Assembly (NCBI RefSeq): GCF_009914755.1
Contig: NC_060938.1
Direction: 5' to 3' (one strand)
Length of the DNA: 64,000 nt
DNA from: the human T2T-CHM13v2.0 reference genome, Homo sapiens
Below, piece by piece: positions 41,936 to 56,554 of this stretch. Numbering within the stretch: position 1 is the first letter of the stretch; every line of letters starts with the position of its first letter. Under the pieces are notes generated by a model. That model did no database searches and was not told the origin of the DNA. It saw only the letters and a program-made list of their open reading frames with translations. The position numbers and the translations under genes were made by a program.

Positions 41936-44900
41936 GCGGTTAAGCTTACTGCTCGTGACATTATCCATATTGATACGGATCTTGTAGAAAAAAAGGGTCT
42001 TGGAGAAAGGACAGGCATGAAGTGGGTTACTTAATGCTTTTCGTTAGGAAACTTTACTGAATAGAACAGAATCGTTTCATATTACCCTGCTAGTATTTAC
42101 AGACACCTCAACTAGTATGGAAAGTGAATATAGTCGAAAGGTCCAGCAGTTTCCTATTTGCTAGCGTGGGTGGTGACAGACTGAAATTATATCCTGGAGG
42201 GTAGGAGGAGGCTGGGGGATGGGGGGAAAGTCTGATGGTTGTGATTTTGGATAGGGGGAAATTCTTTAGTTCATGCTGCTGCAGGAGGGTGAACAGAGTC
42301 CCCAGTGTTTATGCAGAGAAAAGAATGCAGGGTCCTCTTCCAGCTGTTCCATGTTGGAGCTGCGAGCCTGCAAAGCTCAGCAGAGGTCTGGGCTGCCATT
42401 TGATGACAAGGTCCAGTCCAGGGCAGTGGGGCCTGGGAGACACTAAAGTGAGTGTGCCTTCAGAGCAGCAAGAAGCGAGCCGGCCTACTCATTCCTCCTC
42501 CCTAGTATGGTGTGCACGATGGTGAAAACACTAGAATGGGATGCTTCCATATATAGAATCATAGGGTGGAAGTGACCGCTGGAAATCTTCACAGTTCTTT
42601 TCCTGACCAGACAGGACTGCACCCGAAAGATCCTGCATGGCCAAGTATGGAGGGCCACATTGAGGGAGATTCCATTGAGCCCGAGCCTCCCAGCTCACAC
42701 CAGGACTCACTGGGGTGGCGATGACAGGGCCCCCTTTGGTTGAGCTCCACGTTTATAAATAGCTGGAGGGCCAGCCTCCTTCACTGGGGTGTGGAAGCAT
42801 AATTGGGTAACTGATGATCCACCCTCTTTGCTTCCTTCCTTAATTTCAGCGGGAAGCCTGGTTTACCTGCTCGGTTTTACTTTCTCAGGTTTGACAAACA
42901 GGGTTATATAAACTTTTGCATTTTATAGATTGCAGAGGATTTACGCAGAGTCATTTAGGTTGAATGCTTGATTTCAGTGCTGGTAGGGACTGTTCAAACT
43001 CATCTTTAGGTTATTCAAATGTTGGAGCAGCACTTTTTCCCTTTGAGTAATGGAGATGACTTTTCCCAATAGAGCAGCCACCAGGTTAGTAAGTAAAACA
43101 GTTAAATGTTAAAATAAGGTGGCCTAATTTTAAAAATCTCATAATTTAAAAAATTGAACTGTGAATTTTTTGAAGTCACTTGGCATTTTTTTTCCCTTAA
43201 GACATGTTTGGCCATACTTATTTGTATAAGATACCCACCTGTTCATGCTGCTAAATGATGTAGATATACAAAATATAGAACCATTGTGTAAGATAGGAAC
43301 TGGTCTCCAGTTTCTGGATTAATCCTTCGCCTAGACATTTTGCCTGCATGGAAATCTTTGCAGTTGTTTTGTTGTGTGGCCAGGACAGAAATTTCTTAGG
43401 AGGTCATGTGATGATTTGGTTTACTTTCGGAGTGTGGGGATCATAAAGAGCATCAGGAGTTGTCATAGCATACCTGAGTCTGTAGTGTGGCTCTCTGCAT
43501 ATCCGGAAACTAGCCAAGAACCAGGAAGGGGGCAAAAAGTCCACTTCGCAACCAGAGTAGATAGCATGAAAGTCCAAGAGAATATTTCAGGCCCTCTCTC
43601 AGAATGTACTTGCTCTTATTCTAGACACAATCCTAACATTTAAAAAATTTGACAAATAATCCGTAGTGTATTGGGGGTAACACATTTAGAATGGGGTGAG
43701 GGACTGCTGTAATCAGTAGTAAAAAGTGACCCCTGACAGCCTGACAACTTGGAAAGAGACAGAAAAACTGTAACTTTAGACAAGAATTGGGGCAGAAACT
43801 TTGAAGGCTTGGGAATATTAGGGTGGGAACCCTCAATTGACCTTGTAGGCACCACTCTATAATAACATAAACAAATAATTGCTATTTACTGTTGTTAACG
43901 GTGAACTATGGAAATAATACATTTTTAGATACACTCTTTAAGAAGAGAAGGAAATGTTCAATATACTTTGGAAATGTTTACACCCAGAATAATTAACCTC
44001 TGAGCTGTTTTGATGTGTAAGGCTCTTACCAATTCAGAAAACTAGGCTGTGCAGAATGACTCATTCATTGGATTGCTGAGATTTCCTGTACCGAAGTCAT
44101 CTTGTATCACTTTATTTTGTAATCATCAATTTAAAAAACCCTCACATTTTGTCTAGTGTTTAGAGATTTTAAAACTTGGTAAATGGGAACCAAATTCATA
44201 TATGGGACTCGATCTCAGTATAATAAAAAAAATTACTAGTAATAGTATGAATATATCTCTCGTTTTATGCAGGACTGATTTTAAATAGTGAGATATCCTG
44301 CGCATTAAACATGATTTATTTGAGATTTGTGGGATGTAATTTGGTGCTTTCATTCTCTTAAATTTATTGAGAATCTAGTGATTCACTGGTTCATCCTTTG
44401 CCTCAGGCTCATGGTCATTGGAGATTCCAAGAAATGATTGAATCAGTCCCTATGGATTTATTTGTATGTGTTTTTCTTTTAACAGATATGGTCGTGATCA
44501 GTTCTCTAGTACAGTCTTGTTCCCAGGATCCTTATAACCTTAGATAAGTCTCTTCAGCTACTGCTCCAGTTGAACATTGAGACTTCTGGCCAGTCTCAGT
44601 TCCAGGACTAGCAGGTCATTTGATACCTACAAGTAGCAAAAATGCAACCCACTGACTTTACCTGAAGTTTCCAAAAGAAAAATAGACTTTGTGGCATTGT
44701 TTATTTATGGCTTTTGTCACTTGGACTTGAAATATATTTTTCATAGAGATTTATAAGTTAATCCACAAAAACGTAACCCACAAAATATACACTATTTGTG
44801 TATGTTTGTGGTAAGTAAATGACAATAAATTCCTATACTTATAGTTAAATACAAGAGAAAAGGGTATCCAAAATGGTGATGTTTGAGACAAAAAAATAAT

Positions 44901-47900
44901 TGTGGAGCTTGAAGACTCTCTCTCAGAATGTAATTACTCTTATTCTAGACACAATTCTAACTTTTTTAAAAAAATTGATAATCCATAGTGTATTGGAGGT
45001 AACATATTTAGAATGGGATGAGGGGCTGTCACCCTCACCCCATATTTGTGTAAACTTGCTGTCATTAGAGGGTGGGTATGTTGGTTCCATGATTTTTATG
45101 GTTTTGGTTTCTGTAGTACAAGTATGCCATCCTCCACCCTGCGTTACTTTTTAAGGTTACAAATGGCATAAAAAGAAAGCAGCAGAAGAGGTTTTCCTGA
45201 TGATATGGATAAGATCTTGTTTGTAGTTTTTTCATTCATTTATTCATTCCACAAACATTTTCTGACTGCCTGCTATTTTCCTGACCCAGTGTTATGCAAT
45301 GGAAATGTAAAGGTAACTTAACTCTAGTCCAGTGCCTAGTACAGATAGATACTCTTAGTGTGGGGTAAATGACTAATATAATATCATAGGTGTTGAAGCA
45401 TAGATATGGGGATAAAAAGTATGAGGAGAGGCCTACTGGGAGCATTGTGAACCTAGCCACTTATTGCCTGGGGAATCAGGGAAGACTTCCCTGAGGAGGA
45501 GATACATTTGAGCTGAGTCCTGAGGGGCGAATAGGAGTTGGTTCAATATTTTAATATAAAAAGATTGTAAAGAGGGGTCAAGAAGGTATCTCCCATGCAG
45601 AAGATAGTGTTATCCCCTTTAATGTATGGGCCTACATGCATGATCCTCTGAGAGGCATGAGTGGAAGAGCCAGTTTAGTTCAGACAGTTTCCATTTTGGC
45701 CACATGGTGGCATTATCTTCTAAGGGCAGCTTGGTTGCTGTCCGCATTGGCATATGCAGGAGAAGGAAGGATGGAAATAGAGAAAAAAGTATTCTCCAGG
45801 TGCCCATCTATTTATAGTCATAGGAGGGCATAAGTTGTAGAAGATTTTTAGAGTACAGATTTTTAAATCAGCCTGGGCTAGTTAAATAATTTCTAAGCCT
45901 CAGTTTTCTTATCTGAGAAATGATGATTATAAAACCTTGTTATTGTCCGGAAGTTACTTGTTAATGATCCAGCAAGGATCTATTCTATCCCTCAGGTTTA
46001 AATTTGCCTTTAATTAATATAGAATTGATATGAATAATATTTTTCTAAATGATCAGAAATCTTTTCATTTAAAGGATTATGAAGAAGAGATTGAGGATGA
46101 CTTGGAACCCTAAAAAGATATAAGTCTACTGGGACCCACCTTCTATGTTTTAGCTTTGTTTTTTCACTCTGTCTCCTAAAAATATGCAGCCCTGACCCAG
46201 TTTTCCCAAATAACTTATCAACACTTTTTCCTTCAGTTGGTGAATGTGAAAAGAAGAAATCATTTTGCTGAATGAAATATTTAGGGGCTTTATATATGAA
46301 GCACTTTTCACTTAGGGTTTTGTAATTTTCTTTGGGTCAGTCTGGGATGACCCTGCAGTTTACTGCTGCTTGTAAGTTGTAGCAGGTCACATATATTTGT
46401 ACTCTTTGTTGTGAATAATTTGGGTTTGGTTGTATCGCCTGGGCACTCACGGCCTTCAACAATTGAGTATATGCTATAAACAGGCCCCATCAAAGCAAGT
46501 AAAAGGCAGAGAAACTTCACAACAGTCAAATTGGCTTGTTTTTGTTTAAATAAACAAACGAGGACACAAGATGAGGGTTGAAGGGCTGAAAGTAACTGAA
46601 AACTTCCCAGACAGTCCTACAGAAGTCTAATTCTAGAGAGAATTGACAACACCAGAGAAGAGGGAAAATATTGCTTCTCCTTGACCCAAGGAGAAATTTG
46701 GAGGTTTTCATCTGTGGGTGAAGTGCTTTGTGTAACTCATTTGCTAGGAAAGGTATGGTGCTCGTAGAAATCTTTTCTTTTCCTTTTTAAAATATACAAT
46801 CACTACTTTGAGATTTTAGTATGTTCCTTCCTTTTCATCTCTCCTGATCATTCCTTCCAAGGCCTCACTGAGCTCATCCAATTCACATAGATTAAGATGC
46901 AGAAGCAGACATCTCTTCTGAGCTATTTTTGCTTCCATTGAAGCTGCCTGAGGCAGGATTTTCCCAAAGAAAGCAGAACTTTTAGAACAGGGGCCTAGAG
47001 TCGAGGCTTGGGCCTTGCTCTGCTGCCTACATCCCAAGAGCCAGCTTGGAATTCAGAGTACCTGCCTGCTTTTATGTAGGAACATGGGATTCCCTGGAAC
47101 CCGGAAGCTCATTCTATTGTTTTGTTCCCATTCCACATATCAACATTTTAAAACAGCTTTCTTGTCTTAGTTTACTAGGAAAAAGCAATCAAATGATTCA
47201 GTGGTTTCTTTTACACAGTAGATAATACAGTGCCATTGTAATGGTACCTGACAAAGTGTATTTGGTAAGAAAGTGGGACTGAGTTCCTTGGCACATATAA
47301 ATTTACCAAATACCCCAGCAGAGAGCCCAGGGCCCTGTCAAAAGCTGAAATACACATTACTCCTCTCAAGTAGCTTACACTCGAGTTGCAGAGCTGAAAC
47401 AAACATAAGAAAATATGTCATAATTCGATCATACACAGTTGCTAAGTGCTGTGGTTCTGATTAGAGAACAAAACTGAAATTGAGTGAAAGGAGAGAACAG
47501 CGTGGATTGGGCAGTCTGAGAAGCTGAATGGAAGAAGTAAACTTGACTGTGTCACATGAAATAAGTGCTTTTAGGGCTTATGAGATTCTTGCTGTTGTAG
47601 TACCTCAAATGCCAGTTTCATCAAGAAAACCACACATGCAGGGAACTCTGTGCATGTGCCATGGAAGGGGCAGGCTTCCTGGGCCTTTGAAGGATGAATG
47701 TGAATAGGGTAGAGAGAGGAGAGCATGAGGGATATTCACCGTCATAAGTGATTGCTTGGTGAGTGGAGAATCAATCCCAACACTCTATGATTTCCAGTAT
47801 ATTTAAAGATACGAAAATGGAACATCTGGTCACCTAGTATTTTCATCCCGCTTAAGTATGCATAACATTGTAAGACTTAGTAATAGTTCTCTTGGCTCCT

Positions 47901-47992
47901 CCTAGTAGGATATTTTTGTAGGATGCTTTGACTCTAACTAGCGTTGAGCAATAACATCTGAAACAGTTAGAGGAAAAGATAAAGTGTCGTAG

Positions 47993-48160
47993 ACCAGTTC
48001 TCAAAATTTAGTTGCACGCAGATCACTTTGGAATCTTGTACTGAAAACCTGAAAACTCTGATTGAAGAGGCCTGGGGAGGTGGAGCTGAACTCCTGGGAT
48101 TGTAGTAGGCTCCCAGGTGATGTTGATGCTGCGTATCTGCGGACCATACTTTGAGGGTAG
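47993..48160. mobile_element. MER5A-like hAT DNA transposon relic
   Basis: cagttctcaaaattt...ggctcccaggtgatgttgatgctgc...ggaccatactttgag. Confidence 0.7.
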
Positions 48161-50091
48161 ACTGTTAGAAATGAAAGGTGCAGAAATGAAAGAGACTGTT
48201 AGAAAGGAAAGAGGCAATTTGGTGCAGTAGCTTTCAAGTTTTACGGCTATGTGTCAGAAGATTTTTGTTTGCAAGTGAGAACTTAGATGAAGGTTTATGG
48301 GAAGTGAATGTCCCCCCAACCCCCTACTCCCCAAACCTAAGTGTCCTAGGAGAGCAGTTTGGAAATCTGTGACCAAGGGCAGTGGTCTTTCTCAGGCTCT
48401 GAGAAAAGACATTGGTCGACAAAGCTATGGCCAGCAGATCTGGGATCAGAATCTGACTCTCCTCAGTCCGATGCTCTTTCTCCTGTCTCAACCCCTATCA
48501 AATGGCAGTAACCTGTTAGAGCCCTTGCTTAGGGCTGGGTTTTAAACTGGCCCAGGTGGTTTCCTATAATAAGATGGGGACCACTTATCTTTTGCCCACT
48601 GAACTTGCTGATATGAGGAAGGTCATTTTCTGAGTCTCTCTACAGTTTTCTGTTGGCTTCACATGCAGAGCAAAGCAAATCTTTCTTAGCTCTGGCGGTG
48701 GGACCTCTTTGGAAGGCAGGGGGAGGAGACAGACAGGACAAGGTGGACACTGTAGTCAGTCTTAAGTAGTAATGTACAAAAGTGCATGCTAAGTGTCTAC
48801 AGGCACTTTGAGGTCACTTTGCCCTGGAAAATCCCCATGGATTGCTTTAGTCAGAGAGTATGCTAGTAGTGCAGGTGTGTTTCATATGATGGAATTATTG
48901 ACTTAAAAATCTTTTCAAGTTTTACTTACGCATGTAAGCACTGAAATACTGACGCTTTTTAGTTTGGTAGTGTGGTCACTCATTAAATTATTTGAGCATT
49001 TTATATACTGCTCTCAGCAATAATTCTCTCACCGGCTCTTTGAACTACCTCTCACAGCCTGCACTGAGTTTGGGTTTGAAGAAGGCCAGAGAATTTCCCC
49101 GAGCTTTTTGAATATGCTGAAATTTCCAGGCACTCTAGCGATCAGTGTCTTATGGAAAATGAGGCTCCAGGAAAGATTTCTTTCTTTCTTTCTTTTTTTT
49201 TTTTTTTTTTTTTGCTGATGCTATGGGCTGTAAAGTTGAGCTGGAAAGAGCAGGAATGTTCATTCCAGAGACTGGATGGGAGAGTTCTCTTCCCCCTACT
49301 TCCCCAGAGCACTCCCATAAAGTGCAGTCACTGGAATTTCTGAAGCAGTTTATCCTGATCTGTCATAGAATCCAAGCGTCTGTGTGTGCAGCATAAATAC
49401 ATACACAACATTGACTTTCATTGTATACATTTCTATCTGTGTATGTGCACCAAACATGTGATTTAAACACAGTTAAAATGCATGAGTAAAATGTCAATGC
49501 TGAACCAGTTTTGAAATTTTGAAGAGTGGTAAATGAATGGGAGAAACAAACTGTCTGACTTCAGAACCACTCCATGTGCCTCAAGATAAATAAACTTGTC
49601 TCCGTTTGAAAAAGGAAAAAGGAGGGAGAAACCAGGTTTTGCACATTGTAGGCATCTGAGAGGTTAATATTGGGCCTGTGCAAGATACCAGAAGAATATT
49701 TAAAACATGATCTATGAGCGTATGGATGAAGAAATAGGAACCAGCATGGTTTTGCTGTGAGTGGGAGGATGGACCGTGGAGAACTAATGCCATTTCCTAT
49801 CTGATGGGGCAGTGGGAAAGCGGGGAGATAGCATTTGCTGAGAGACTTCTGTGTTCCAGGCAGATCACAGGGAATCCCATATCTAAGTTTCAGCATAGCC
49901 TTTGACAAAACCTCTTATTTCCTGATGAATTAATGGAGAAATAGCAGCAGGTGAGAATCTAGTTGTGTGGCTTTAGAGTGGTTTCAGTGACTGTTACAGG
50001 CCTGTCTCCAGCCACTGTCTGCCTAAAGGGAGATCTCTGGTGCTGTACATTGAAGCTCACATGTTGGACATTATCACTAGTGTCGATGGAA

Positions 50092-50560
50092 TGTGACTTA
50101 GCCTGGGGTCCCCAAGAAGGCAGAGCCTGAGGCAAGGGCTGGTGTGCGGGTGGCTTATTTTGGGCACTGATCCCAGGCAACAGGAGAAGGGGCTACAAAG
50201 AGAGAAACAAGGAAGGAGGAAGAGCCAACACAAGCCTGCATTATCAAGCTGGTCACTGCTGTGGGCAGTGGGGGCTTAATCCCACAGGGATCCTCTGAGG
50301 AGCCACATAGAATGTGCTTGGGAAGTGGCTGAAGGACAGATGAGGTAGGCATGTATCCATTATTCCCCTCTCCCTTGGCCAAGTGTTGCCCCAGGGTACT
50401 GAGTCCCTGTACTTTCAGGTTTGTACGTGTTTCTGCAGGTGTCTCAAAGACGCCCCAAGGCAGAATGCTAGAAAGACATGGTACAGCCAAGGCAGGGTGC
50501 TGTCAGGTTATACCTGTGTGAAGCTGGGGGCCACAGCAAGGGCTGCAGTGTTATCCAAGC
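50092..50560 (-). mobile_element. ERVL LTR (LTR16-like)
   Basis: gggtccccaagaaggcagagcctgaggcaaggg...tgatcccagg motif. Confidence 0.55.
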
Positions 50561-51593
50561 TAAGAAGGTGTTTGTAAAGTCTATGGATGAACCTAGAAGG
50601 ATAGCTCATGGCTTGATGACAGAATCATGATCAAAATATTTGAATGTAACCAGATGACATATAAAGCATTAAAGTGTAGCCCCTACATTGGCATCCCCTA
50701 AACCTAAGCTAGAGAAGGCATAGTGCTTCAATAGCATGCATAAAAAGGGACTCTGGCTTTTAGCACACTTACAACTTCATATGAATAATGTCACAATGTG
50801 GTTGCGCCCAAAGCCACTAAACTCTGTAATACAGTCATTGTACTCAGAACAAGTCTGTGCTACCAGTCGCACTCTCCCTGGAGTCCAGGAGGCAGTTCTG
50901 GGTACACACTCGGAGGGAGATGGACAAATCAGGATGTGGCCAGAGAAGACAGAATGGCGGGGGGGCACTCGAAAGCCAGGGTGAACTGAGAAGAAGATGA
51001 GCAGAGAGCTGTCACTGCTTACTCAGAAAGCTGGCTTGGAGTTGAAGGGTTAAATTCTCCGTCCATGTAGAGGGCAGTGAGTGGAAGCTGCTGTTCATTT
51101 AGCTCAGAGTAGAGAAAAACTTTATGATGATTAGGGCTGCCCAAACAATGCAGTGGCCTGGGCTTCATCAGATTTGGACGAGCCTTTAGCATCGAGCAGA
51201 ATAATCCTTTCGAGTAAGACTGGCTCCTGTTTATTGAGCACCTGCTCTGTGCCAGTTGTTTGCATAACATGACCTCATTTATTCTTCTCAATAACCCTAT
51301 GAGATGAGGTAGGAACTGCCATTATTCCATTTGTCAGGGAGGAAACAAGCACTCTGGCTTCAGAACCACCCCACATGCCTCTCCACTGTAGGAATTTAGT
51401 GTCTATTTGCTTAGGAAAGAAGCTCTGATTTCTTGGATGACTTCCAAAGTCCCTTCTGACCTTAAGATTCTATGATTTCTATGAATCAGGAATGAAGATA
51501 GGAACACAAAACTATTGAGAGCAGAGGAGAAAGAGAGAGAGAGAGACAAGATGAGTAAATGAATGAATGAGTGAATAAATAAGGGTGGTTTTA

Positions 51594-51999
<406 letters not shown>

Positions 52000-54900
52000 T
52001 TAATTTTCAGTTTTTTTATGGTAGTAGACAGTCAAAGGCTAGATCACTGTGATGAGTAGGGCTTCCACATTTAAGAAAAAGCTGTAATGAAGTGAATTGA
52101 ATCTTGCTTCTTTTGGGTCACCCAAAAGCAGTGATAAGTGCTGAGTGTGTTAGGCACTTATTAACAAAAGTAACTCAGAATTGCTGTCTAAACCTCCATA
52201 TCTTTTTTGTTCTCTCCGTGTAGTTCTAAAAATGACCATATGATATTCCTTGAATGGTAAGAGCGTCTATTCTTCTTAGCATGTTCTGTGTGTCACACAC
52301 TGTGCAGACAGCAACATACACACACAAACACTATCTCCTGTTATTGAATGGATGAATGATACAAAGAAGCAGAACGAGTGGTTGTGAAAATTAAATGCCG
52401 TATATTTCAATAATTAGATAATGGGCTGACCTCTCAGAGTCAAGCACACTGTAAGTGCTTAATCCCTGGTTTCTAAGTTATATGAATCCCACAAAGTAGA
52501 TACTATCTCCATTTTCCAGATGAGGAAACTTAGGTTTAGAGTGGTTGGAAATGTGCCTAAGGTCACCAGCATCTTTCTGATCCCAAAACCTATGTTGAAT
52601 CCTTGCTATTGCATGAATGCTGAAGATAGATTCCAGTTCTTAGGTAAATGAAAATGTTGGCAATTGAACGAAAAACATGTATTTTTAATGGTAGTTTTAA
52701 TAATTCACAGTAACATTGTATATGTTTCATCTTGGAAAAATTCTTTTCAGCTTGTCCATTTAAATATTCCTCTTACTTATGACATTTTAACTCTCCATAG
52801 CTTGGTATGGCTTAGCTTTGTTTTTCCACTGGCTTTAAAAAAATGAAGTGAAAGGCATTGATTTAAACATCTCTCTTCCTTTAAGGAAGACTCATGGAAT
52901 GGATGCTTCTGTGGCCTCTGCATGAATGGGCTGGGCTTGAGGAGGGAAACAGGCCCTGCACACTGCAGAAAGGAAAGCCTAAGGAATGTGTTACATAATT
53001 GCTCATGACGTCCTTGACTTTGACAAACTAGGAAGTGATGTGCTGGGTCAGGATCTCCATAGGATCTGCAGTTGGTCAAAGTACCAGTCTGAGGGCTGTA
53101 AATTAAAATGAGCTCTCCTGTTGTTTGTAAGTGGTGGAAATTTTCAGAACATTAGTTTAGGAAAATATGTTACAGTTGGTATAAGAGTGAGTTGTATTTA
53201 TTTCATTTACTAGCAACATGCAATTAAGGAAGTAGAAGAGACCTTACATACTGCAGCCCCTTTGTTGAAGACCTGAGAAGACTGAGGTGTACTGGGGTCC
53301 ACTAAGGGCACCTGTTAGTAGGGGAAGAGCTGGTGTTAGATCCAGTCGCTTCCCGACTTTGACCTAGACTTTGGTATCACAACTTTCTCATGGCCGACTT
53401 GGCTGCCACAGTGAATGACTTCTTGTGCTGGAAATGAGAGAGGCTCTATTTACCTGAATTTCAAAGACTACATTCATTAAAATGGTCCCCTCAAAGTCAT
53501 TTCCAGACTCCCCCACCCCTTTCTGTTTCTTTACTCACAATAAAGCACAGTTTGTTTGGATTGGAAAGTGATTAGCCCTCGTATTTTGAAATTGCAGAGT
53601 GTTATAGTGTAGGAAGCATGTTATAATCACTGTTCCAGCAATGTCCTCTTGGTTTATGCAGAATCTGACTTGGCTACTCTGGAGTTGCCCTAAACCCTAG
53701 TGGAGCACTGGGTGTCCTTCATGACTGCCCACTACCTGTGGGGAGAAATTTCATTCATTCGTTGGTTAAACAGTTCCTTACTGGGTGTTAATGTGTATGG
53801 TGGTGTGGACCAACCAGGAGTCTCCTTGTCTACGACAGCTCTTCCTGAGGGTCTTCCCCAGTCTCTTAGGGCTTGCTGGTGCCCTGCTGATACCTTTGTA
53901 TAGCACTAGTCTCAAGGTACTGGTGTTGTTCACTATCTGATTACCCTGTGCCTTAGTCACTTTTATCCTCCAGTGCCTAATAGTGTGTCTAGCACATAGG
54001 TGATCTCAGAACGTTTTCGTTGAAAGAGCGGATGAATGAATTTAAAGAAATTTAACTGACATCCGTAATCCACAAGGGGTTTACCATCTAGGTTGTGAGA
54101 TAAATCTAAGTGCATACAGATTGATTAACAAAACAGGTCAAGATGAGAATCCTCACGCTGTTACCAAGATACATGTGATAAAGGCCAGAGGAAATAGATG
54201 CTGGTTTCCCCTCAGACCCTTACAGAAGACCTGGGTTAGGGTCTTGGTGTCATCACATAAAGTATGTTACCTTGTAAAAATTATTTAAGCTCTCTGAGCC
54301 TCAGTTTCCTCATCTGTGAAATGGAGTTACCACTACAGAAATCACAAGGCTATTACCAGGATTGTGGATGTGTAAAAGTACTTTGTAAACTGTATCGTAT
54401 TATACCAAAGCAGAGCGACATTATTCTCAAAGTACCAGTTGAAACAATGGGATACAAATTCAGGAATGTGGGTTTTAAAAGGTTCAGGAAAAGATGACCA
54501 TGGTTTCTTTTTCAGAGCTTTTGCACTGTTAGCAAGAGCTGAAATAAACACATGGTTCTCTTGGTGAACACCAGGCCCCTCTGGGCCTGAACTAAGGCTT
54601 GGATCCGATGATCCAATTCAATTGGGACTTTAAGCCTTGTGGCCCTGATTTCCACAGGCTGGACTGTCTATAACGTCAAAGTTAAGTTTGTATTCACTTT
54701 CATCCTTTTCATTGATTAGATCATTAAATGTACTCTCTTCAAGTATGAAGGACTCAGGTGTCCATGCTAAAGAATTTCTTTTGGAGAAAGCCACATAAAG
54801 TGTTGTATTGTGACCTCTGTATCCCTGCCTGTAAAGATTCCAGTATGAGTGGTCATGCAGCCATTCAAAGCATGCCACAGGGATTCTATACCTATTTTGA

Positions 54901-56116
54901 TAGTATGGATTATTTAAAAATTTCTGATAATTTTTTAAAATTCTGTTTTTAAAGAGGTAAACCTAGATAAAAATTACTAAACTTAAACCCATTCAGTGCA
55001 AAACCTTTGAGTATTTTTGGTATACCTCAGCTAAACAAGAAAATAATTATGCTTTGCTTTTTGTTCTATAATATTATTTCCACTTTTACCTTTCACTGAA
55101 CAAGCGTTCGTTGGAAAAAGAGAAGGCTTTCTTGTCATTGTTCTTTGTTGTTATTATTTTAACAAAACCTCCCTATTTTCACATTTTCTTTTTGTGGCAG
55201 AATGAGCTGTGTTAGCACATTTTGCAGATTATTGTGGTATTTGCAGATGATCTGAGCACAGTTAAAATATTGAAATTCTGAGCTATAATGTCAAACTTGA
55301 GCCTCATGTGTGATTCTGATATTAAGCTGCTGGTGGGTTATATGGGAATAATTGTGGCATATGTATGTTTAGTTCACAACATTTTAGATAGGAATAATTT
55401 GGACAAGAATTGCTGCTGCTGTTTTTTTTTTAATTTTATTTTTTATTTTTAAAGACTTTCCTACCTTCTCATTGAGAGAGAGAAAGATGCCCAGAGTTAA
55501 AATAGGAGGTGCTTGGGTATTTTGTTGAACTTCACAAGTTAAACTGGCGAATGGCGTCCATCAGCTGTTATTCAGTCCTTGAACAGAGCAGATATGTTTG
55601 TGCGAGGACAAAGAAGATGCCTCAAAGACAAAGAAGAAGATGCCTCGTCGTCCCCTGAGCTCCCACACGGCATCTGCACATCACCAGCTCAGCATTTAGC
55701 ACACTGGATTGACACTGCCATGTTAGGTGAGGTGACGGCATGCCCTAGAGTGAAGGAATCTACAGCAATATGATAGCTAAATGCCACATGAAGTTCTGGA
55801 TTGGATCCTGGATTGGGAAAAAACATGGCTCTAAAGGGCAGTATTGGGACAATTGGTGAAATTTAAATGTAGTCTATGTATTAGGGGATAATGCTGTTAT
55901 CAATTATACATTTCCTTCTGTTATAATTGTACCTTGGTCACACCAGGAAATGTCCTTATTAGGAGACGCATGCAGAAGTCTTTTAGGGATGAGGACTTAC
56001 TGCAGCTTATTCTCAAATGTTTATATATAAGGTGACAAAAATTAAGAATTGGTCAATCTTGGTGAAAAGTTTATGAGAGTAAAGTGTGCTGCTAATTTAA
56101 CTTTTGTATAGCTTAA

Positions 56117-56311
<195 letters not shown>

Positions 56312-56398
56312 TAAAAAGATAAATTTTTTACCTTTTAAGAAATCCTGCACTGGAACATTGGCTCCAGGAGGAAGGGGCTGTGCTTTATCTCCCTCACG

Positions 56399-56554
56399 TA
56401 GGGTTGCCAAAGAAATTACAGGAACCCCAGCTAAATTTGAACTGCGAATGGGGCATACTTATACCACATATACTAGAAAGTTATTCATGGTGTATTTGCA
56501 ATTCAAATGTAACTAGGGGTCCTATAGTTGTATTTGCTGAGTCTGGCAACCTTG
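56399..56554. mobile_element. MER53-like palindromic hAT MITE
   Basis: Terminal inverted repeats tAGGGTTGCCA...TGGCAACCTT and internal inverted ctaaatttgaa/ttcaaatgtaa. Confidence 0.8.
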
